Source: a virus (lineage: Duplodnaviria > Caudoviricetes). Taken from it: a stretch of DNA of 56,730 bases. The translations under genes and the position numbers were made by a program. Positions 1-9,087 of the stretch are shown one piece after another. Every line of letters starts with the position of its first letter. Positions within the stretch are counted from its first letter, which is position 1. The notes beneath the pieces were generated by a model. That model worked only from the letters and a program-made list of their open reading frames with translations. It ran no database searches and was not told the DNA's origin. The stretch lies in the IMG/VR virus record IMGVR_UViG_3300025121_000062, positions 1 through 56,730 of that record. One strand, given 5' to 3'.

Positions 1-207
1 GGGAACTACTCGAAGGCAGCCAGCAGTGGGGACTCCTCGACGGCAGCCAGCAGTGGGGACTACTCGGCGGCAGCCAGCAGTGGGGACTACTCGAAGGCAG
101 CCAGCAGTGGGAACTACTCGAAGGCAGCCAGCAGTGGGGACTCCTCGACGGCAGCCAGCAGTGGGGACTACTCGGCGGCAGCCAGCAGTGGGGACTCCTC
201 GAAGGCA
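1..207 (+). repeat. 27-bp coding tandem repeat, ~7.7 copies
   Basis: Unit GGG(G/A)ACT(A/C)CTCG(AA/AC/GC)GGCAGCCAGCAGT repeated head to tail with no spacers. Confidence 0.95.
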
Positions 208-408
208 GAAGCGTCTGGTGAGCAGGCCATAGCGATGGTCGCCGGACTGAATGGCAGAGCGCGCGCTGGCATGGGCGGGGCGTTCGCGCTGGCATGGCTT
301 GACGACAAGCAGGTCCGTATTACTGTCGGCGTCGTCGGGGAAGGCGGAATCAAGCCTGACGTTTGGTATTCCGTTATCGGCGGTAAACTCGAAGAGGCAG
401 CATTGTGA
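1..408 (+). CDS. 5'-truncated phage repeat protein (GDYSxAASS repeats, DUF7666-like C-terminus)
   Basis: Frame 1 is open from base 1: GNYSKAASS/GDSSTAASS/GDYSAAASS... then VGEGGIKPDVWYSV. The stop TGA at 406-408 overlaps the next GTG. Not in the ORF track because the start lies outside the window. Confidence 0.75.
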   Translation, partial: GNYSKAASSGDSSTAASSGDYSAAASSGDYSKAASSGNYSKAASSGDSSTAASSGDYSAAASSGDSSKAEASGEQAIAMVAGLNGRARAGMGGAFALAWLDDKQVRITVGVVGEGGIKPDVWYSVIGGKLEEAAL

Positions 409-812
409 TTCCCCTCTCCACCGCCATACTGCGTGGGGTTGAGCGGTCATCCGACTGGACCAAGGGGGAGTTCACGTCCGACATCCTCGGCGCTGCGCTA
501 CTCGGTGCGGTACCTGCTGGTGCTGTGCCTGACTTCCTGCTGCGCGTCAATGGCATGACGCATCCACAGCGCTGCAAATTCACGCTCCACGAACTTCACC
601 GCGCCTGGCCGCACATCGGTCAGTCCGTGCGCTACTGGCCGAAGCTCGCCGAGGAACTGGAACGCGACCGCCTCATCCCGCGAATCAAGCCGCTGCAGGA
701 TAAGTACCAGGCTGCGATCCACGTCAGCCTGTGGAAAGTGATTACCGACATGCACGACGCCGGCGAGTCGCGGGCGGCCACTGCTGAATTCCTGGGGAGG
801 CACGGGCTGTGA
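405..812 (+). CDS. hypothetical phage protein
   Basis: GTGA overlaps with both neighbours, consistent with translational coupling. Confidence 0.65.
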   Translation: MIPLSTAILRGVERSSDWTKGEFTSDILGAALLGAVPAGAVPDFLLRVNGMTHPQRCKFTLHELHRAWPHIGQSVRYWPKLAEELERDRLIPRIKPLQDKYQAAIHVSLWKVITDMHDAGESRAATAEFLGRHGL

Positions 813-1165
813 GTTTCGTCTACCTCGCGTCACCCTACACCAACCCCGACGACCCGGCCGATCGGCTGTACTGCGAGCTTCGGTTCGCCGAGGCATGCCA
901 CGCAGCCGCACGGCTGATGGAAGGTGACCGGGCCGTGTTCTGCCCCATCGCCCACTCGCACCTCGTCGCTGCCTACCTGAACCCTGACTTGCGTTGTAGC
1001 CACCAGTTCTGGCTGGCGCAGGACTTCGCGATGCTGGCCAAGGCCGAGCGGCTGATCGTGCTCAAGCTGTATCAGTGGGAGCGTAGTTACGGCATCCAGC
1101 AAGAGATTCAGTTCGCCACGAAGCACGGCATACCGGTCCATTACTTCGACCCGGCGGAACTGTGA
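809..1165 (+). CDS. DUF1937 / nucleoside 2-deoxyribosyltransferase-like protein
   Basis: YLASPY...FCPIAHSH...W..QDF.ML...WERSYGIQQEI pattern. Confidence 0.8.
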   Translation: MSFVYLASPYTNPDDPADRLYCELRFAEACHAAARLMEGDRAVFCPIAHSHLVAAYLNPDLRCSHQFWLAQDFAMLAKAERLIVLKLYQWERSYGIQQEIQFATKHGIPVHYFDPAEL

Positions 1166-1515
1166 CCCTCCCCCTCACCCCTCACATGCTGGCAGGCTGC
1201 TACGAGTTCCTGCGCACGACGCCGCCCTTCCGGGGGTGGCACCTGCCACATGCCGATCAGGTCGAGTTCGCCGTCACCAAGCATCAGATGCACATGGGCG
1301 CCCACTGCCACAAGCCGCCGCACCTGATCGATGTGTCGGCGTCGCTGGTGGGGCACACTAGCACCCTAGTCTGGATCGTGGGGCACGAGATGATCCACGT
1401 ACACCAGACGGTCGCAGGGTTGAACACCCCGAACGCTGTGCACAATACTGACTTCCGGCGCAAGGCCGCGACTGCCTGCCGGTATCACGGCTGGGATCCG
1501 AGGATTTTCATCTGA
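1162..1515 (+). CDS. SprT-like zinc metalloprotease domain protein
   Basis: HEMIH zincin motif followed by H...F. Confidence 0.65.
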   Translation: MTLPLTPHMLAGCYEFLRTTPPFRGWHLPHADQVEFAVTKHQMHMGAHCHKPPHLIDVSASLVGHTSTLVWIVGHEMIHVHQTVAGLNTPNAVHNTDFRRKAATACRYHGWDPRIFI

Positions 1516-3608
1516 TGGACACCCTCGTCCTGGATTGGGAAACATTTTTTTCATCCGAGTTCACCCTCTCGAAACTCACGACCGAAGCGTATGTCCGCGA
1601 CCCACGCTTCGAGGAGATACTGCTCGGCGTCAAGGTGAACAGCAGCCCGGCGTTCTGGATCATGCCAGAGCGGGCGAGGTACTTCCTCACTGAAGAGATC
1701 GACTGGGCGAGCACGGCGCTGATCTGCCACCACAGCCACTTCGACGGCCTCATACTCTCGCACCACCATGGCATCAAGCCTGCCATGCACATCGACACCC
1801 TGAGCATGGCGCGAATCCTCGACGGCCCGAAAGCCGGAAACTCACTTCATGATCTCTGCCTGCGCCACGGCGTTGGGACGAAGGGCGACTATGTGACGTT
1901 CGCCAAGGGCAAGCATGCGGCAGACTTCACCGGTGCCGAGCGAGCGGAGTATGGGCAGTATTGCATCAATGACTGCGAGCGCACCTACGACCTGGCGCAG
2001 ATATTCATGGAACAGATGCCAGCGGAGGAACTGCAAGTCATCGACACCGTGATCCGCATGTTCACCGAGCCGGTATTCATGGGCGATGCCGAGAAGCTAA
2101 AAGGCGCGGTCGCGACGGAGCGCCAGCGCAAGATCGACGTGTTGCGACGCATCGGGCTGCTATGCCCGACGTGCGGCGGGCGCGGGGTCGATCAGCAGGA
2201 CGTATTCGCTGCGACTGAACAACTGCATCGCGGGGTCGGGCTCCCCGAGCCAATTCCGCCATGTAAGAAGTGCGCTGGCACTGGCGTTGACAAAAAGACG
2301 ATCGGGTCCAACGAGAAACTCGCCAACATGTTCCGCGAGTGCGGCATCGAGCCGCCGACCAAGACCAGCAACACGACCGGCGAGCAGATTTACGCCTTCG
2401 CCAAGACCGATCCCGGTATGCAGGAACTGCTGGAGGATGAGTACGAAGACGTGCGCTTCCTCGCTGAGGCGCGTATCGCCGTGAAGAGCACCATCGTCGA
2501 GACGCGGGCCGAACGGTACCAGCACTGCGCCGAGCGCGGCAGTATGCCGGTCTATGTGTCCTATGGTGCCGCGCACACCTTCCGCATGGGCGGAGGGGAC
2601 TCGATGAACTGGCTTAACATATCCTCGAAGCACAACGAGAATCGGCCTGAGTTATCCGTGATCGCGGCATCCATCCACGCGCCGCCGGGGCACAAGATTG
2701 TCAGCGCCGACTCAGGCCAGGGCGAGGCGCGTATCAACGCATGGCTGTCCGGCCAGCAGGATCTGGTCGAGGCGTTCCAACAGGGCCGTGATGTGTACAG
2801 CGAGCACGCCTCGACTATCTACGGTCGCCCTGTCGATCGGAAGCGCGTCAAGGCGGATCACATCCCCGGCCAGCTCGGGAAGGTGTCCATCCTCGGCATG
2901 GGCTTCGGGATGGGGTGGGCCAAGGCCAGTGCTGAATTGTTGAAGGGCATGCTCGGTGCGCCACCTATTCAATTCACCATGGCGGACATGGAAACGCTAC
3001 AAGTCGACCCGAGTCGGTTTTTCAACAATCCCGGCAAGGTCAAGCAGGTTGCCGAGATGCCCAGCCGCTTAGGGCTCAACGATATGCTGATCCACTGCGC
3101 CGTGACCAACGCGCTGATCGATCGCTACCGCGCCAAGTACGCCCGCATCGTCGCCTACTGGGGGGTGATGGAGGAAGTCATCGGCGCTATGATCGAAGGC
3201 CGTGAGATGGTGTTCGGCGCGCACGGCGTCATGCGCACAGCGAAGGATAAAATCTGGATGCCGAACGGGTTGGCTATGCGATATGATGGCATCTCTCGCG
3301 ACGAGCACGGACAGGCCAGTTACTTCAACGGGCGCAACCGGACTAAAATCTACGGCGCGCTACTCGTCGAGAACACAGTCCAGTCGATCCACTACTGCAT
3401 CGTCAGCCGGCAGATGCTGGAGATAGGGAACTTATTGAAGGTCGCGCTGTCAACGTATGACGACGTGGTGACTGCGGTTCCAGAAGCCGCAGCCGACGAC
3501 GCGCTGGCGTTCATGGTTCAGGAAATGAGCAAGACCCCCGCCTGGGCGACCGGGTTGCCGCTGATCGGCGAGGGTAAGATCGGGGATACTTTGAAAGGAG
3601 CATCATAA
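1515..3608 (+). CDS. phage DNA polymerase, family A, with 3'-5' exonuclease domain (divergent)
   Basis: ExoI DWET, ExoII FD, ExoIII YCIND; motif A DSGQGEAR; motif B GKVSILGMGFGMG; motif C TYDD. Confidence 0.9.
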   Translation: MDTLVLDWETFFSSEFTLSKLTTEAYVRDPRFEEILLGVKVNSSPAFWIMPERARYFLTEEIDWASTALICHHSHFDGLILSHHHGIKPAMHIDTLSMARILDGPKAGNSLHDLCLRHGVGTKGDYVTFAKGKHAADFTGAERAEYGQYCINDCERTYDLAQIFMEQMPAEELQVIDTVIRMFTEPVFMGDAEKLKGAVATERQRKIDVLRRIGLLCPTCGGRGVDQQDVFAATEQLHRGVGLPEPIPPCKKCAGTGVDKKTIGSNEKLANMFRECGIEPPTKTSNTTGEQIYAFAKTDPGMQELLEDEYEDVRFLAEARIAVKSTIVETRAERYQHCAERGSMPVYVSYGAAHTFRMGGGDSMNWLNISSKHNENRPELSVIAASIHAPPGHKIVSADSGQGEARINAWLSGQQDLVEAFQQGRDVYSEHASTIYGRPVDRKRVKADHIPGQLGKVSILGMGFGMGWAKASAELLKGMLGAPPIQFTMADMETLQVDPSRFFNNPGKVKQVAEMPSRLGLNDMLIHCAVTNALIDRYRAKYARIVAYWGVMEEVIGAMIEGREMVFGAHGVMRTAKDKIWMPNGLAMRYDGISRDEHGQASYFNGRNRTKIYGALLVENTVQSIHYCIVSRQMLEIGNLLKVALSTYDDVVTAVPEAAADDALAFMVQEMSKTPAWATGLPLIGEGKIGDTLKGAS

Positions 3609-4372
3609 TGTTGATTATTGGCCTAGCCGGCGGCGCCGGAACGGGAAAAGATTCCATCGCCGACTACCTTGTCCAGCGATACGGGTTCGTCAAGTTCTCA
3701 TTCAGCGACGCCCTCTACCGCGAAGTGGCGGAGGCGTTCAGCCTGGAGAACGAAGACCTGCTGCGCGACCGGGCGACGAAGGAGGTGGTGACCCAACTGC
3801 TGGCATTGGAGAGGTGCAAGGACTTCGACTTCGCCGAATGCACGAGCCCTGTCTTGCGCTACCCTCGCTACGCGCAGCACTCCCCCCGCCAGATTCTCCA
3901 ATGGTGGGGCACCGAGTACCGACGCGCCCAAGACCCCGACTACTGGCTCAAGAAGGCTGAGGAGTGGCTGGAGGCCGTGGTTATGGCCGCGCCGTACCCC
4001 GAACTCCGACCTCAGTTGTTTGTGAATACCAGCGTCCGGTTCGAGAATGAGCGAGACTGGATCAAAGACCCGAACGGTAGCATCTGGCACCTGCGCCGCG
4101 CAGCTGCCACGCCGGTTCGCGCCCACGCCTCAGAGAACGAACTGCCAGTGCTCGACGACGAGCGGGAAATCTACAACAACCACACCCTCGATTACCTGCA
4201 CAAGGGCGTCGATCAACTGCTGTCGAGCAGCGCACAGTACGTGCGGCTGGAACCGCCGGCGCCGATGGTCGAGCCTATGGTATACGATGGGTTCCAGAAC
4301 ATCGATCCGAACTCCACAGGCGCGAAGAATATGCTGAACTTACTCGGGTATGGGTCCGAAGGGGGAAACTGA
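3608..4372 (+). CDS. deoxynucleoside monophosphate kinase
   Basis: IIGLAGGAGTGKD P-loop, FSDAL, PRQILQWWGTE, VRFENE, HASE (T4 gp1 / T5 dnk-like). Confidence 0.9.
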   Translation: MLIIGLAGGAGTGKDSIADYLVQRYGFVKFSFSDALYREVAEAFSLENEDLLRDRATKEVVTQLLALERCKDFDFAECTSPVLRYPRYAQHSPRQILQWWGTEYRRAQDPDYWLKKAEEWLEAVVMAAPYPELRPQLFVNTSVRFENERDWIKDPNGSIWHLRRAAATPVRAHASENELPVLDDEREIYNNHTLDYLHKGVDQLLSSSAQYVRLEPPAPMVEPMVYDGFQNIDPNSTGAKNMLNLLGYGSEGGN

Positions 4373-5598
4373 TGGCCACGCCCCCACTTTCCGACACCCT
4401 CGTACAAGAAGCCATCAACGCCCTTGCCGCCCGTGGTGGGAACACTGTCCACGCCGCCGCCATGCTTGGGATAGGGCGCGGCGCACTACAGGGCCGCATC
4501 AGGGTGGGAAAAGAGCGCGGCATGACCCCCAGCGCCGGAACGCCCGACGCCGACGATGTCCAGGGCCTGAAGTCCAAGGTCAAGCGGCTCGAAGCCGCGC
4601 TCAAGTCGCACGAGAACCAGTCCGAGCAGGGCTGCCAGATCAAGGCCGTCATCGGTGCCATGGGCAGGCAGGTCGAGGAACTGGACCCACCCCCCTGGAC
4701 AGTGACGCCGCAGAAGAAGGCCACCTCCCCCGGCGTGCCGACGCTGTTCCTGTCGGACCTGCACTGGGGCGAGACTGTGTTCCCATCGCAGATCAACAAC
4801 GTCAACGAGTACAACGTCAAGATCGCCCACAAGCGCATGGACACCTGCGTCAGCTCAGCCATTCACCTGCTCAAGATCATCTCACCCGGCATGGACTACC
4901 CTGGCATCGCGATCCCGCTCGGCGGCGACATGATCAGCGGCAACATCCACGACGAGCTGACCGCCACGAATGAGATCAATTCGATGCCTGCGGTGCTCGA
5001 CCTGTACGGTGTCCTGGTCGGCGTGATCAGCGCGATGGCGGATCAGTTCAAGCATGTGTTCCTACCGTGCGTCAGCGGCAACCACGGCCGCGACACCAAG
5101 AAGATATGGAACAAGGACCGACACCATACCTCGTTCGATTGGCTGCTCTACCGCTTCTTGGCGAAGCACTTCGATGGCGACAAGCGCGTCACGTTCTTCA
5201 TTCCCGACAGCTCGGACGCCTACTACAAGGTCTACAACCATGCCTACCTACTCACCCACGGCGATCAGTTCCGCGGTGGCGATGGCTTGATTGGCTGCCT
5301 CGGGCCTATCATCCGCGGGGACCACAAGAAGCGAAGCCGCAACGCGCAGATCGACATGGAGTATGACACCATGCTGCTCGGCCACTTCCACCAGTATCTG
5401 CACCACGGTCGAGTGATCGTGAATGGCAGCCTGAAGGGCTACGACGAGTACGCCTACTCGGGCAATTTCGGTTTCGAGCAGCCCCAGCAGGCGCTGTGGA
5501 TTACCCACCCGTGCCACGGTCAGACGTTCCGCATGCCGGTGTTCGTCGGGAATCAGCAGGCCGGGGCGAAGACTGAATGGGTCAGCGTGCCGAAATGA
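4372..5598 (+). CDS. calcineurin-like metallophosphoesterase with N-terminal HTH and coiled coil
   Basis: SDLHWG, GGDMISG, GNHGR, THGD and GHFH motifs. Confidence 0.85.
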   Translation: MATPPLSDTLVQEAINALAARGGNTVHAAAMLGIGRGALQGRIRVGKERGMTPSAGTPDADDVQGLKSKVKRLEAALKSHENQSEQGCQIKAVIGAMGRQVEELDPPPWTVTPQKKATSPGVPTLFLSDLHWGETVFPSQINNVNEYNVKIAHKRMDTCVSSAIHLLKIISPGMDYPGIAIPLGGDMISGNIHDELTATNEINSMPAVLDLYGVLVGVISAMADQFKHVFLPCVSGNHGRDTKKIWNKDRHHTSFDWLLYRFLAKHFDGDKRVTFFIPDSSDAYYKVYNHAYLLTHGDQFRGGDGLIGCLGPIIRGDHKKRSRNAQIDMEYDTMLLGHFHQYLHHGRVIVNGSLKGYDEYAYSGNFGFEQPQQALWITHPCHGQTFRMPVFVGNQQAGAKTEWVSVPK

Positions 5599-5711
5599 AC
5601 GGCTACTTTCTTTCGCTCCAGACTGCTGTGCTCGGCGAACTGATTCGCCGTGACGATTGGACGCATTGGGTATGTGTCCTGCAAGACCTTGCCGACGAGG
5701 AAAACCAATGA
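5595..5711 (+). CDS. small hypothetical protein (38 aa)
   Basis: MNGYFLSLQTAVLGELIRRDDWTHWVCVLQDLADEENQ; ATGA overlaps at both ends fill the gap exactly. Confidence 0.55.
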   Translation: MNGYFLSLQTAVLGELIRRDDWTHWVCVLQDLADEENQ

Positions 5712-6736
5712 ACAAGCCCCTTGTGATTTACCATGACAACCGTGCCGATGGGTTCGGTGCCGCCTTTGCCGCATGGCTGAAGCTCGGTGACAGCGCTGAG
5801 TATCTGCCGCAGCAGTACAACAGCGCCGATTTCGCACGCCCGTTCGACATCCGTGAGAACGTCGACGGGCGCGACGTGTACATCCTCGGCTTCTCGTTCC
5901 CCCGCCTAGTGATGGATGAGTTGTTCCGTTCTGCCAAGCGCGTCGTCTGGCTGGATCACCACAAGACGGCGTTCGAGATGTGGTGCGGTGGAGTACCCGA
6001 AGGCGGGGGATATCGCGAGTTGTTCAGCCCCGCTGGTCGCTCGGGGGGTACCGCTGGTTGGCATTGCACGCACGACATCCGCCTCAACAACAACAAATCC
6101 GGCGCCATGCTCACATGGGAGCACTTCCACCCCGAAACCGAAGTACCGATGCTGATCCGCCATATCGACGACTACGACCGCTGGCAGTTCAAGATCGACG
6201 GCACTAAAGAGTTCAACAAGGCGCTGTGGAGTTACGCGCCTTGGAACTTCGGGCAGTGGAAACGTGAGTTCCTCCCGGCTGACATGGGGAAGCGGAATCT
6301 CACGTTCGCGCAGACCGCAGCATATTCTTCGCTGATAAAAGAAGGCGCCGCCATCCTCCGCGCCCACGACCAGAACGTGCAATCTGTGGTGAAGGGCGGG
6401 GCGAGGAAGTGCGAAATCGTGCAGCACATCCCATATGGCCCCCCAGGAACGGTGGACATTTACTGTGATGGCCCTGCCCCTCTGCACTCCCCCGGCCTCG
6501 CCGCCAACTGCCCGCACCATCTGGCCTCCGACGTTGGGCACGAACTCGCCACGCAGTCGGGCACCTTCGGGTTGTGCTGGTGCCTGAGCAAAGAAGGCAT
6601 GATCGCTAACTGCTCCCTGCGTTCCAACGGTGACTACGACGTAAGCGCGATCGCCAAGGCTTTCGGCGGGGGTGGTCGCAAGAACGCCGCGGGGTTTGAA
6701 GTTCCGATCGATACCCTGCTGGGGTGGCTGGTATGA
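5708..6736 (+). CDS. DHH/DHHA1 family phosphoesterase (some motifs degenerate)
   Basis: YH...DG, WLDHHK, D.DRW, SLRS...DVSAIAKAFGGGG.KNAAGF; start taken at MNKPL. Confidence 0.85.
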   Translation: MNKPLVIYHDNRADGFGAAFAAWLKLGDSAEYLPQQYNSADFARPFDIRENVDGRDVYILGFSFPRLVMDELFRSAKRVVWLDHHKTAFEMWCGGVPEGGGYRELFSPAGRSGGTAGWHCTHDIRLNNNKSGAMLTWEHFHPETEVPMLIRHIDDYDRWQFKIDGTKEFNKALWSYAPWNFGQWKREFLPADMGKRNLTFAQTAAYSSLIKEGAAILRAHDQNVQSVVKGGARKCEIVQHIPYGPPGTVDIYCDGPAPLHSPGLAANCPHHLASDVGHELATQSGTFGLCWCLSKEGMIANCSLRSNGDYDVSAIAKAFGGGGRKNAAGFEVPIDTLLGWLV

Positions 6737-7434
6737 CTGATTTCATCGCATGGTCCCACTCCCGTCGCAAGACATGGATGGAGTGCCCCAAACAGTTCTA
6801 CCACGCCAACGTCGCGCCGAAGGGCAGCCCGGATCGTGTCGAGTTCATCCAGTCTGCCGCGATGATCGCCGGCAACTTGGTCGATGATGCCCTCACCCAG
6901 CGCATCGCCAAGGGCAAGCCGCTGCCCCCGCAGTACGCGCCCTATGAACCCATGGCGGCGGCGGTGCTCGCCGCACCGGGGGCCAAGTTCACCCAGCTCA
7001 AGGTCACGCTCGACCAGTCGTTCAAGCCGTGCGGCTACTTCGACTCGCAGGCGTGGTGCCGCTCGATCTATGACGTGGCTGTGATCGATGGCAGCCATGC
7101 GTTCATCGGGGACTGGAAGAACGGTATGATCTGGCCGGACAGCGACCAGCTTGCGCTGTTCGCCGCGACTGCGTTCCACCAGTTCCCCGAACTTGAAGTC
7201 ATCGACACCGCGTACATCTGGCTCAAGCATGGCCAGACCAGCGACGAGACGTACCGACGCAAAGAACTTCCTGAGATATGGGCCGGTCTACTCCCTGAAG
7301 TCGAGCAGTTGCAAGTCGCGTTCAGGACAAACCACTGGCCGGCGGCCCCAAAGCGCGGGGCCAAGTCGTGCAAGCAGTGCGGGGCGAATCAGGCTGGAAT
7401 CTGCAACAAGGCCCAAGGGCCGTATGGAGGGTGA
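6733..7434 (+). CDS. PD-(D/E)XK (Cas4/RecB-like) exonuclease
   Basis: WSHS...CPKQF, D...DWK.G, QL, C-terminal CxxC...C. Confidence 0.8.
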   Translation: MTDFIAWSHSRRKTWMECPKQFYHANVAPKGSPDRVEFIQSAAMIAGNLVDDALTQRIAKGKPLPPQYAPYEPMAAAVLAAPGAKFTQLKVTLDQSFKPCGYFDSQAWCRSIYDVAVIDGSHAFIGDWKNGMIWPDSDQLALFAATAFHQFPELEVIDTAYIWLKHGQTSDETYRRKELPEIWAGLLPEVEQLQVAFRTNHWPAAPKRGAKSCKQCGANQAGICNKAQGPYGG

Positions 7435-7437
7435 GTA

Positions 7438-7563
7438 GTGGAACCGAAGTTCAAAGGCTGGTCGCTGCGCCTCGCCATCAACGCCCTGCTGCGAGAGAAC
7501 GCCAGGCTGCGTCGCCGCCTGATCGCCGCGATCAATCGAATCACACAACTGGAGGGGAAATGA
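7438..7563 (+). CDS. small coiled-coil protein (41 aa)
   Basis: GGAGG RBS; MEPKFKGWSLRLAINALLRENARLRRRLIAAINRITQLEGK; ATGA overlap with the ligase. Confidence 0.55.
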   Translation: MEPKFKGWSLRLAINALLRENARLRRRLIAAINRITQLEGK

Positions 7564-8246
7564 CTGAATTCAGATCATTCGGCAAGATCGCGCGGCTCAA
7601 CCGCGAGGTCGTCGTCACCGAGAAAATCGACGGCACAAACGCGCAGGTGTTCATCGGCGAAGATGGCGAGTTCCTCACCGGCAGCCGCACGCGCTGGATC
7701 ACGCCCGAGGATGACAACTTCGGTTTCTCGCGGTGGGCGCACGAGCACAAGGACGATCTGCTCACCCTCGGCCCCGGTCATCACTTCGGCGAGTGGTGGG
7801 GCAAGGGCATCCAGCGCAACTACGGCTTGGAAGAGCGGCGGTTCAGCCTGTTCAATGTCGGGCGGTGGGCTGACCCGAAAGAGTACAGCAATGTCGAGGC
7901 TCCGCCGGATGGGCGAGCATGGTGCCCCGCCTGCTGTCATGTCGTGCCGGTGATTCGCGTCGGGACAGTGTCTGGTATCGACTGGAATGGCATCATGTCC
8001 GGGTTGTCGCTGTTCGGTAGCTGGGTGGTCCCAGGATTCATGAACCCCGAAGGCATCGTCGCCTACCACACGGCGGGCGGGCACTACTACAAGCGCACCT
8101 GCGAGCATGACGACGTGCCGAAGGGCGCGCATGTCAAGAAGGAGCAGGCGCCGAAACCCCCGCGCGCTGGTGGCATCATGTGGACAGGCGGGCGCAGGAA
8201 AGGTGCAACGGTTGGATACGCTGGGCCGGAACGGAGGCAAGGATGA
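7560..8246 (+). CDS. RNA ligase (Rnl2-like nucleotidyltransferase domain)
   Basis: TEKIDGTN motif I, GSR, FGEWWG, FSLFN, PEGIV; GGAGG RBS before ATG 7560. Confidence 0.8.
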   Translation: MTEFRSFGKIARLNREVVVTEKIDGTNAQVFIGEDGEFLTGSRTRWITPEDDNFGFSRWAHEHKDDLLTLGPGHHFGEWWGKGIQRNYGLEERRFSLFNVGRWADPKEYSNVEAPPDGRAWCPACCHVVPVIRVGTVSGIDWNGIMSGLSLFGSWVVPGFMNPEGIVAYHTAGGHYYKRTCEHDDVPKGAHVKKEQAPKPPRAGGIMWTGGRRKGATVGYAGPERRQG

Positions 8247-8722
8247 ACCAAGAACGCATACAGCAGCCCGTCGCTGAATATGTAGTCGGGTATTGTTTCC
8301 GGGAAGGATTCGATCGGGTGGCGCTGATCGAAAAACTCAAGCCTGCTTGGCAAGCGGGGAAATTGAATGGTATCGGCGGCAAGGTGGAGCCAGGAGAGTC
8401 TATAGCAGAAGCGATGGCCCGCGAATTCGAGGAAGAGGCAGGAGTTCGCATCGACGAGTGGCTTCACATCCGGACCGAACAGTTCGGGGTGGAGCAAGAA
8501 GCGCAGCGCGCCCAGCCTGTCGGAGCGCGGGTGCACCATTTCGCGTGCTGTATACCTGCCGCCGCGTTCGCCCGCATCTCCACCATGGAAAAAGAACGGG
8601 TCCGAAAAGTGACGTACCCAATCCCGACACCGTACCCGCCCATTATATACAACATCCCGTATCTCGTGCTCATGGCTGCTACCTTGTTGCAACAGCCCCC
8701 TGAGAATCGCCCCCTACCATGA
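8243..8722 (+). CDS. Nudix hydrolase
   Basis: Nudix box GGKVEPGESIAEAMAREFEEEAG. Confidence 0.9.
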   Translation: MNQERIQQPVAEYVVGYCFREGFDRVALIEKLKPAWQAGKLNGIGGKVEPGESIAEAMAREFEEEAGVRIDEWLHIRTEQFGVEQEAQRAQPVGARVHHFACCIPAAAFARISTMEKERVRKVTYPIPTPYPPIIYNIPYLVLMAATLLQQPPENRPLP

Positions 8723-9087
8723 AAACGCCAGTCACAGAGAACCACGTGAAAGATGTTATCCGCCAGTGGTGCGACAAGCACGGCGCGTTCCACTTCGCTG
8801 TCGTGCAGAACGGCATGGGTGTTCACGGAATCCCAGATCGCCTTGCCTGTCTCCCAGTCACCATCACCCCTGACATGGTAGGTAAGCGAGTAGGGGTTTT
8901 CCTCGGGATAGAAGCCAAGCGGCCGGGAAGGCGTGGTGAACCCGACCGGGGCATGTCGAAGCACCAAGTCATGTTCATGGAAGGCGTGCAGAAGGCCGGT
9001 GGCGTGTCGGCCTGCGTCGATGGGCAGGAGGACTTGCTTGCGTTGCAGTATTCGTTGCAAAGGTTGACGGGGGGATATCATGGCTGA
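8719..9087 (+). CDS. VRR-NUC domain nuclease (Holliday junction resolvase-like)
   Basis: E..VK, GIPD, IEAKRPG, Q..F...V..AGG. Confidence 0.85.
   Translation: MKTPVTENHVKDVIRQWCDKHGAFHFAVVQNGMGVHGIPDRLACLPVTITPDMVGKRVGVFLGIEAKRPGRRGEPDRGMSKHQVMFMEGVQKAGGVSACVDGQEDLLALQYSLQRLTGGYHG

Noticed and set aside
1-207. CRISPR array
   Set aside because: The 27-bp units are contiguous with no unique spacers, keep a reading frame, and have no cas operon nearby.
26-232. Track ORF MGTPRRQPAV...
   Set aside because: An alternate frame of the repeat; frame 1 continues into a recognisable C-terminal domain and couples to the next gene.
2163-2285. Intein in the DNA polymerase
   Set aside because: About 40 aa, no splicing motifs; fits a CxxCxGxG zinc finger.
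6733-7434. Cas4 as part of a CRISPR adaptation system
   Set aside because: A solo Cas4-like exonuclease is normal in phage replication modules; no cas1, cas2 or array.
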